Below are positions 57,627 to 64,000 of a DNA stretch of 64,000 nt, piece by piece. A program made the translations under genes and the position numbers. Numbering within the stretch: position 1 is the first letter of the stretch; every line of letters begins with the position of its first letter. The notes under the pieces are model-generated. The model was not told where the DNA came from. It made no database searches and saw nothing but the letters and a program-made list of their open reading frames with translations. Source of the stretch: Promethearchaeota archaeon (lineage in GTDB: Archaea; Asgardarchaeota; Thorarchaeia; Thorarchaeales; Thorarchaeaceae); assembly GCA_014728035.1 (NCBI GenBank), contig WJMJ01000071.1, positions 133,253-197,252 on the forward strand, read 5' to 3'.

Positions 57627-58417
57627 CAGTAGAGAAATTCAACCCGCTAAAACCAAGTGCTATCTCCCAGAAACGGGAACGACAAACTGATGGCAAATGG
57701 GCAAAACAGGTTGCAATAAAAGAAATCACGTTAGAAGATGTTAGGCATGATGCCATTGAATTCGGTCTTGCGACAGAAGTATTGGCTCAAGTCAAAGCAG
57801 GAAAAGAAGCATCGATTTTCATCGCAAAGTGGAAGGAGCATCCGATCATGTTGAAAGCATATCGCCTCTGGAGGTCTGCTCAAGCCAGTAATGAACGAGG
57901 TGTGTTTACTCTTGCTAAGATGCAGATGCTAGCTGCTAAAGAATATGATGTGCTTAAGGAATCATTTCAAGCAGGTGTTACAGTTCCCACTCCAATTGGT
58001 CGTGTTGGAAATTACATCACAATGCGATTCATTGGCGACGGTCTTGACCCAGCACCTCAATTGAAAGATGTACATCTTGAAAACCCTAATCAAGCATTGG
58101 ATGCGATTCTTGAAGAATATCTAAAGATGTATCGAGATGCAAATTATGTTCATGGAGACCTAAGCAAGTACAATATTTTGTGGTGGCAGAATCGTCCTTG
58201 GATTATAGATGTACCTCAAGCCTATACGGTTGGACCGTGGGCGAATATGAAAGAAGTAGTATTCCTACTTCGTAGAGATATCAAGAATCTGCTTTCCTAC
58301 TTCAAGCGTTACGGAATCAAAAGAAATCTCGATGAGATTGTAGATGTATTTCTCAGTGAGTATGTTCCTGAGAATCTTCGTCATTATGATGAGGTAGTAC
58401 CCTTCAGAGGTGTCTAG
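57614..58417 (+). CDS. RIO1-family atypical kinase/ATPase (copy A)
   Basis: AGKEASIF, LKAYR, VPTP, HGDLSKYNIL, IIDVPQA, LRRDIKN. Likely start ATG 57614. Confidence 0.9.
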   Translation: MVGGPVEKFNPLKPSAISQKRERQTDGKWAKQVAIKEITLEDVRHDAIEFGLATEVLAQVKAGKEASIFIAKWKEHPIMLKAYRLWRSAQASNERGVFTLAKMQMLAAKEYDVLKESFQAGVTVPTPIGRVGNYITMRFIGDGLDPAPQLKDVHLENPNQALDAILEEYLKMYRDANYVHGDLSKYNILWWQNRPWIIDVPQAYTVGPWANMKEVVFLLRRDIKNLLSYFKRYGIKRNLDEIVDVFLSEYVPENLRHYDEVVPFRGV

Positions 58418-58418
58418 T

Positions 58419-59234
58419 TTGGTTGTAGAGAAACATAATCCTTTGAAGAAGAGTATCCTACAATCGGAGCTCCTTGGCGAAGGCAAGACACAGATAGAAG
58501 AGATTTCTTTTGATCTGGTCAAACGATTAGCATTGAAATATGGACTAGCTACTGACGTACTCTATCAGATGAGTGCAGGAAAAGAAGCTTCTATTTTCTT
58601 AGCTCTCTGGAAAGAACATCCAATCATCTTGAAGGCATATCGTCTATGGCATTCGTCTCATACACTCTCAAAGAAGAAGGGCTATGTACCTCCTGGCACA
58701 TCTAAACGTTCTCATGTTATTACTGACATGATGGAATCTTTGGCTGTCCTCGAATATGACCTTCTATCAAAACTGTTCAAAGCTGGAGTTCATGTTCCTA
58801 CTCCAATTGGTCGCATTGGCAATTTTGTATCAATGCGTTTTATTGGTGACGGAGAAACACCGGCTTCTCAACTGCGAGAGATTACCTTAGAGAACCCTGA
58901 GAGAGTGATGAATCAGATCTTTGATGACTATCTCATCATGTATCGAGATGTTCACTACGTCCATGGAGACCTCAGTCAATACAATATACTGTATTGGCAA
59001 GATCGTCCTTGGATTATTGATGTTCCTCAAGCCGAGAAGGTTGACAAACACTGTAACATGCTCAAGATTGAGAAGATGCTACTACGTGATATTCAGAATG
59101 TGCTCTCGTACTTTGAACAGTACGATATCTATCGTGACCCTGAGAGTATCTTGGAAGTGTTCTTGAACTCATACATTCCTGACAACAAGCGACACTATAG
59201 GGAGCTCGTTCCAGAGGGTCTTGAATTACTATAG
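58419..59234 (+). CDS. RIO1-family atypical kinase/ATPase (copy B)
   Basis: AGKEASIF, LKAYR, HGDLSQYNIL, IIDVPQA. TTG 58419 follows SD GAGGTG, which lies inside the end of copy A. Confidence 0.9.
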   Translation: MVVEKHNPLKKSILQSELLGEGKTQIEEISFDLVKRLALKYGLATDVLYQMSAGKEASIFLALWKEHPIILKAYRLWHSSHTLSKKKGYVPPGTSKRSHVITDMMESLAVLEYDLLSKLFKAGVHVPTPIGRIGNFVSMRFIGDGETPASQLREITLENPERVMNQIFDDYLIMYRDVHYVHGDLSQYNILYWQDRPWIIDVPQAEKVDKHCNMLKIEKMLLRDIQNVLSYFEQYDIYRDPESILEVFLNSYIPDNKRHYRELVPEGLELL

Positions 59235-59246
59235 GAGGTAATAACC

Positions 59247-59534
59247 CTGACAAAAGCCTTACCAAGAAGTGCCGTTATTGTTCTAAGACACCTATCCACA
59301 AAAGGACCAATGTGTCCTCAGGATATCAGTGAGTGTTCTAGTTTAGCTCCTCGTACAGTAAGTTTTGCATTACGTCGTCTTGTTAAAGCAAAACTTGCAA
59401 AGAAGATTCCCAATCTTTCTGATATGCGAAGGCCACTTTACACTCCAAACAATGATGGCATCTACGAAGTTGTCCAGAAGAATGGACAAGATTCCATTAT
59501 TGGTACACAGTTATCCATGATTACACGGAGATGA
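59247..59534 (+). CDS. Archaeal MarR/ArsR-like winged-helix regulator, probable CTG start
   Basis: SD GGAGGT at 59234-39, then CTG at 59247 in frame with ORF 59310. This adds helix LPRSAVIVLRHLSTKGP before M.PQDI...RTVSFALRRL...DMRRPLY. Confidence 0.75.
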   Translation: MTKALPRSAVIVLRHLSTKGPMCPQDISECSSLAPRTVSFALRRLVKAKLAKKIPNLSDMRRPLYTPNNDGIYEVVQKNGQDSIIGTQLSMITRR

Positions 59535-59538
59535 AATC

Positions 59539-59682
59539 ATGAAGTCTAATTGTGAAACCAGTAAACCTAGTACAAAACGAGATTGTGGTGAGTCTTTGGA
59601 CCACAATGGTTCACATATCACTCGATATATCGTTGAGGAACAAAAGTTGAATACTGAAATCGAGAGCGAGTTAGTTTACTGA
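59539..59682 (+). CDS. Putative 47-aa small protein ending the RIO operon
   Basis: SD GGAG at 59527-30. MKSNCETSKPSTKRDCGESLDHNGSHITRYIVEEQKLNTEIESELVY. The stop lies inside the terminator hairpin. Confidence 0.4.
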   Translation: MKSNCETSKPSTKRDCGESLDHNGSHITRYIVEEQKLNTEIESELVY

Positions 59683-59699
59683 CTTGCTCTTTCTTTTTT
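59663..59699 (+). terminator. Hairpin plus U-tract terminator closing the RIO operon
   Basis: agagcgagttag-ttta-ctgacttgctct followed by ttctttttt. Confidence 0.75.
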
Positions 59700-59842
59700 G
59701 ATTTTCTTCGTTTCATTCTAATAATATTTCAAATAGAAATCTTATACCTATTATCCACTGGATAGATTAAGTGACCCGTCTGGAAAGCACCACACGGGTG
59801 AAAATTATTCTGTTCCCCTTCACATTTGGTATTGCCGTAAGA

Positions 59843-60259
59843 TTATTCTACCTTTTTCAAAACAACTCGTGATACACCGGGTATTGTAGACAAACTCTCT
59901 TCGAGTTCTTTCAGTGAGACCACTAGTTGGTCTGGGACGAAGTAGCATTCGTAGAAGCATTTTTCGCCTCTCAGGCATACACCAGTTGTGAAGATGATGT
60001 CGCTTAGTTTAGCATCGTTGAAGGCAAAATTCAGTTGCTTCAAGAAGTTCCTAGATAAATCGGATATTTCAATGCGCAGAAGATAGATATCATCAGACGC
60101 AACAGGAAACACCTTCAATACTCGGTCTTTATGATGCAGCACTGACAGAGCTGCCTTCTCCCCGATGTCAGCGACGAATTCCGCTGGAAATTCTACGGGT
60201 TTTCCAGGTGAAAAGTGTAGGATTATAGCCGATGTGGCTCCCTCACGATCAATTACCAT
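59843..60259 (-). CDS. Hypothetical protein with a probable C-terminal ACT-like domain
   Basis: Beta-alpha-beta pattern ending LEESLSTIPGVSRVVL. Confidence 0.65.
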   Translation of the reverse strand: MVIDREGATSAIILHFSPGKPVEFPAEFVADIGEKAALSVLHHKDRVLKVFPVASDDIYLLRIEISDLSRNFLKQLNFAFNDAKLSDIIFTTGVCLRGEKCFYECYFVPDQLVVSLKELEESLSTIPGVSRVVLKKVE

Positions 60260-60407
60260 TTTTGAATCACAACGTCCTTCAGGGTGTTTGAAACGAAATA
60301 ATGAAAGATACTAGATAAATACTTCGCCTCTGTATAGCTTCTGTAATACTTAGATATTGATGTTTTGGTTGGACAGATGAATAAAGATTAAGTGGTGAAA
60401 ATGAAGC

Positions 60408-60448
60408 TGTGTGGTCTCATTTTGAGAAAAATCTCCATCGACCACACA
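60408..60448 (-). terminator. Hairpin downstream of CDS 60476-60988
   Basis: tgtgtggtc (60408-16) pairs with gaccacaca (60440-48). Confidence 0.45.
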
Positions 60449-60475
60449 TTTGTTACTGATTCAACTACTAGATGT

Positions 60476-60988
60476 CTAGAAATCATCAACTTCAGATTGA
60501 GGTGGCTTGACATCCATGCAGAATGAGCTATACTCGGTTAGTTTCCACTGCCCGTGTTTGTTCTTTTTTAGCTGGCATGGCACTGGATTATCTCTTCCTC
60601 CACTATGAATGAAGAATTTCAGTCCCCCCTGATGATCAAGTTTTCGAACAACTGTTAGAGCAAGATTATTCCAATCGATTTCGTAATTATTTTCGTTGGT
60701 TCCTCCAACATAAGACCGAGCGTTATTTTTACTCTCTAAAAACTGTCCAACAAAATAACTAGCTCGATTTCCCAGTTTAAAACCTGTTGGAGAACTTCCG
60801 TCTTCCCTTAAGTCGTTCTTCGTCAAAACGACTGTCATCATGTCTTCTGCAGTATCCTTATCCTTCTCCAAATTTAGAGCCGCTATTAGGTAATAGAGGA
60901 TGGTGTTTTCTGGCTTTCCAGCATCTTTTTCCCATGACTTTTTGAACTCATCAAAGTCTGTTATCATCGATTTCGTGACTTTTCCCAA
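60476..60988 (-). CDS. Conserved hypothetical protein (DUF6935-like, tentative)
   Basis: TTG start with SD GGTGA. Motifs SYVGGTNENNY, SGGRDNP, GQWKL. Confidence 0.65.
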   Translation of the reverse strand: MGKVTKSMITDFDEFKKSWEKDAGKPENTILYYLIAALNLEKDKDTAEDMMTVVLTKNDLREDGSSPTGFKLGNRASYFVGQFLESKNNARSYVGGTNENNYEIDWNNLALTVVRKLDHQGGLKFFIHSGGRDNPVPCQLKKNKHGQWKLTEYSSFCMDVKPPQSEVDDF

Positions 60989-61116
60989 AAGGAATCACCA
61001 GTTTATGCTGGGCTTCATTCAACAAAAACTATTCGTAGATTGATATCTTCATATATTTTGAATGAAAACACAATGTATAACTTGAATCGTGCTATTGCAT
61101 TGTTGGAGCGATTAGG

Positions 61117-61827
61117 ATGAAGGGAAGAATATCTCAAATATTCGGATTTGTTTTAATATTAGTAGGATTTGCTCTACTACCTATTACATATCAAAGTGCG
61201 ACATTATTTGTTACTGGTTCGGATGTACTGCTCTATACGTTGACATCATGGGGGGTTATTGGTTTTCCAGGAGTTCTACTTGGTCTATTTCTTCTAGTTA
61301 AAGGGACTCGTGAAGCTAAAGTTGGTGACATTACTGGAAGTATCATTAAGATAGTTCAAAGTGAAGGGCGAATTGGAGTGGAAGCATTGTCACGTGAACT
61401 TGATGTAGAAGAACAGCTAGTTGTCGAAGCTGCAGAGAAACTCTCTAAGAAACGTCTTCCATTAGTCTATCTTGATTCGCAATCTAGTGAACTTGTCAGT
61501 CCTAATGCGGTGAGTTTGAAGGAGAGTGTTCTTCATCTATTATTTGCCCAAAGACGGATGAGCTTTCATCAGATTTCACAAGTGACTAATGCAACTGAAC
61601 CACAAATCATAGAAGCATTGAAAGAACTCTCCGAGGAGGGAAAATTCCGTGGAGTAATTGATGAAAACTCGGGGATAGTGTATACATCAGAAGCTGTTTC
61701 GGAAATGGCGAGAGCAGTAACGGTATGTCCCAATTGTGCTGGCAAGCTACCAAACCCGATTCTATCCGGCGAGGAAGAAACTTGTCCCTACTGTGGTCAT
61801 GTGATAACTAATCGTCTTCTTCAATAG
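61117..61827 (+). CDS. Membrane protein: 2 TM, two PCI-like winged helices, C-terminal zinc ribbon
   Basis: GRIGVEALSRELDV and LSEEGKFRGVIDENSGIV (PCI-like). CPNC...CPYCG. Confidence 0.7.
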   Translation: MKGRISQIFGFVLILVGFALLPITYQSATLFVTGSDVLLYTLTSWGVIGFPGVLLGLFLLVKGTREAKVGDITGSIIKIVQSEGRIGVEALSRELDVEEQLVVEAAEKLSKKRLPLVYLDSQSSELVSPNAVSLKESVLHLLFAQRRMSFHQISQVTNATEPQIIEALKELSEEGKFRGVIDENSGIVYTSEAVSEMARAVTVCPNCAGKLPNPILSGEEETCPYCGHVITNRLLQ

Positions 61828-62953
61828 GTATTGTGAAGTGACCGCGTTCTATTTTCCAGCGGTCTATTATTTTTTCTTTTTCAATTACATAGTAGAAATC
61901 GAATAGGTTTGCAGTTAGGCATGAATGATTGGGTAAGATTCTCAACACATCTCCTGCTTCTGGTGTGTCATCGTATCTTATTAGTAAGCATTTTCCGTGT
62001 TCTTGAGACAGTGAAGTAATTTGGATACTATCGCTGAAAGTCATTGAATCGTAGTCGGTAATAATTTTCCCATAGTATTGGCCTTGACTGATTTGAGTTG
62101 GACCAAGATCTTTTGATAATGCTGTTGCTCCTGCATCAAGCACTAATCTTGTAGGGAAACTGCTCAAAACTGAAGTTGCAACTGTTAGGGCACAGTCTAC
62201 GTATTGACATGTTCCAAGATCTCCTTGAGTATAATCGTAGAAGACGTAATTCCCAGGACGGATTTCTGTAATTTCTTCAGGAATCTCTTCTGTTACCGAT
62301 ATTGTTGGTGTAGAACCAATACTAATCACATCGGGATATAGTTCTGCTCTTTCTTGCTTGAGACGATTCGCGAAATCAACCATTATTTTTTGTTCATCAT
62401 CAGCTATTCGTTGGATTTCTTGAATTGAAGTTGCATGATACGCATGACCTGCATGAGTTAAAATGCCTTTGAATGTCAATTTATCTGAATCAAAAATCTT
62501 CTTTACAAGATGTATTGCTTCAGGTGATTTAGGGTCAACTCCACTTCTATGATAACCGCAATCGATTTTCACTAGAACTGGCACTTTTTCAGAATAGTCC
62601 TGATTATCAAGATCATCTACTACCACTGGATTATCAACAAGAACAGTTAGCTTGGTATCATTTCTAATCTGATTTACATATTGTATTTTATTTCGAGTCA
62701 ACGGAACAGCATAAGATATATCATCAAATCCTGCATCTGCAAACTTTTTGGCCTCGAAAAGACTGGATACAGTAATTCCCTGAGATCCATTTTCACGCTG
62801 CATCTTTGCTATAATGATACTTTTATGGCTCTTGATGTGTGGACGCAGTTCCACTCCGAGTTTCTTACTTTTCTTTCCCATTTTTTGGATATTGTTTTTG
62901 AGACGTTGTCTATCAAGGAGTAAAGCTGGGGTAGGAAGGTCTGTAATTTGCAT
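61808..62953 (-). CDS. PLP-dependent fold-III enzyme (D-serine dehydratase / D-threonine aldolase family)
   Basis: LPTPALL, RPHIKSHK, HAGHAY, GSTPT, EIRPGNYVFYD, SQEHG, PNHSC. Confidence 0.9.
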   Translation of the reverse strand: MQITDLPTPALLLDRQRLKNNIQKMGKKSKKLGVELRPHIKSHKSIIIAKMQRENGSQGITVSSLFEAKKFADAGFDDISYAVPLTRNKIQYVNQIRNDTKLTVLVDNPVVVDDLDNQDYSEKVPVLVKIDCGYHRSGVDPKSPEAIHLVKKIFDSDKLTFKGILTHAGHAYHATSIQEIQRIADDEQKIMVDFANRLKQERAELYPDVISIGSTPTISVTEEIPEEITEIRPGNYVFYDYTQGDLGTCQYVDCALTVATSVLSSFPTRLVLDAGATALSKDLGPTQISQGQYYGKIITDYDSMTFSDSIQITSLSQEHGKCLLIRYDDTPEAGDVLRILPNHSCLTANLFDFYYVIEKEKIIDRWKIERGHFTIPIEEDD

Positions 62954-63004
62954 ATGATGTATACTGTTTCATACTTCAATAACCTTATGGAATAAAGAAA
63001 TTGA

Positions 63005-63026
63005 AGCCCCCACTGATGTGAGGGCT
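63005..63026 (-). terminator. Short hairpin after the last CDS
   Basis: agccc-c-ca/ctgatg/tg-a-gggct with a U-rich run on the minus strand. Confidence 0.45.
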
Positions 63027-63034
63027 ATTTATTG

Positions 63035-63874
63035 TTAACCTAATTGTTTCTCAATCTCGCTAATGATAGCTTCCATTTCCGCTTTGGAGAGACCCTTTGC
63101 TTGCGCTACCATGACATCAATATCCTCCTCAGCCAATCCAAGGGATTTCAATCGAGTACGCATATCTTCAAGATCCTCAGGTGTCGCTTCTACCTGCTCC
63201 TCTTCTGAAACTCCTTTCTCCTTCTCCTCAAGGTCTTTCGCTCTACGTGCACGTTCTTGCTTGATGACTTCCATGACAAACCCTGGCCTCTCACTTGGTT
63301 TCATGGTGAACAAATCCTGACGGAACACATCAACATCTTCCTCTGTGAGTCCGGTAATTTCAGCTAATTCGTCTAGTAGCGAATCGAGTTCGGGTATCTT
63401 CAGGTCAATCGTATGAGTTGGAATCTCATCAATCGGTTTAGCTACTCCCATTGGGAGTAATTCAGTATTGATGATTTCCTGCAATATCTCATCTCTACCT
63501 TGAACTGGAGCGGGTTCTGGAACATTCCCTTTTCCAACAGATTTTATCATCTTATTGAGCCATCGCACCATTTTTGGTACACTGTATATCCTTACATAGT
63601 ACAATGCTCCAAGTAACAGGGCAATTATCCCGATACTAAATCCGTACGTCATGGTTGTCAAAACTGGGTCTCCAGCTACTTGTTGTACAATGACTGTCAG
63701 AATTATCTCTTGGTCATCATAGTTGTTACCGAGAGATGCACTGATAATAATATCAAACTCTCCCTCTATCGTTGGGGTGAATGAAACTATGTATTGACCT
63801 GGTTCTGAAGATTCTACGATGGTATAGTCTTCATCACCGATTATTCCCTCTTCTTGGGTAAGGGTAGCAATCAG
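63035..63874 (-). CDS. C-terminal part of a second single-pass surface protein (Ig-like domain, TM, conserved cytoplasmic tail); frame interrupted upstream
   Basis: The frame is open from 63874 (LIATLTQEEG...PGQYIVSFTP...YDDQEIILTV) through TM YGFSIGIIALLLGALYY. The tail is homologous to that of the 17389-32445 protein. In-frame TAG at 63875-77. Confidence 0.75.
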   Translation of the reverse strand: MIATLTQEEGIIGDEDYTIVESSEPGQYIVSFTPTIEGEFDIIISASLGNNYDDQEIILTVIVQQVAGDPVLTTMTYGFSIGIIALLLGALYYVRIYSVPKMVRWLNKMIKSVGKGNVPEPAPVQGRDEILQEIINTELLPMGVAKPIDEIPTHTIDLKIPELDSLLDELAEITGLTEEDVDVFRQDLFTMKPSERPGFVMEVIKQERARRAKDLEEKEKGVSEEEQVEATPEDLEDMRTRLKSLGLAEEDIDVMVAQAKGLSKAEMEAIISEIEKQLG

Positions 63875-64000
63875 CTACTGAAAACTTGGACATTGTTGGA
63901 CAAGATCTGATAGGAGTTTATATGGAGTGATCTGGAATAGAGATTTGGTCTACAGACACAGGATCCCTGACCAGGACCGAGCCAGTTCCAGTACCGTTTC

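Noticed and set aside
60408-60448. SECIS element or fluoride riboswitch in this hairpin
   Set aside because: No nearby gene has an in-frame TGA at a Cys position, and the riboswitch consensus is incomplete. A terminator is the simpler reading.
63875-63952. Pyrrolysine or amber readthrough of two in-frame TAGs
   Set aside because: The text between the TAGs is not Ig-like, whereas the other frames are. No pyl genes are in the window. Frameshifts explain it better.
1-64000. tRNA, rRNA, transposase or integrase genes
   Set aside because: None recognised by eye. tRNAscan-SE and Infernal would be needed to exclude short or intron-containing RNAs.

Overview
A 64-kb, AT-rich, gene-dense archaeal window. 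TATA/BRE promoters, an archaeal GluRS, a histone and several eukaryotic-signature proteins point to an Asgard archaeon, most likely Thorarchaeia (inference). The eukaryotic-signature proteins are a longin-Arf-like GTPase, a longin/uDENN-wHTH protein, a Vps22/EAP30-domain fusion and a PCI-like protein. Most of the window is housekeeping or metabolic: gltX, thiI, hydantoinase A/B, malic enzyme, GlcD/GlcF-like pair, two BCP peroxiredoxins, an RFC small subunit, XPB and an MFS transporter. No rRNA, tRNA, CRISPR array or transposase was recognised. Best candidate for an undescribed system (57.3-59.7 kb): a promoter, an unannotated 20-codon leader ORF and a ~240-nt RNA with mutually exclusive helices, one of which buries the start codon of the first of two tandem RIO1-type kinases, followed by a CTG-started HTH regulator, a small ORF and a terminator. 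This looks like ribosome-coupled translational attenuation. Other highlights: a ~5,000-aa surface protein whose ~240-aa cytoplasmic tail is homologous to the tail of a second surface protein at the window end; an XPB plus p52/Tfb2-like pair; and several apparently catalytically dead paralogs (Cdc6/Orc1, RadA, M28 peptidase). All family calls come from reading motifs by eye; no searches or folding programs were run.
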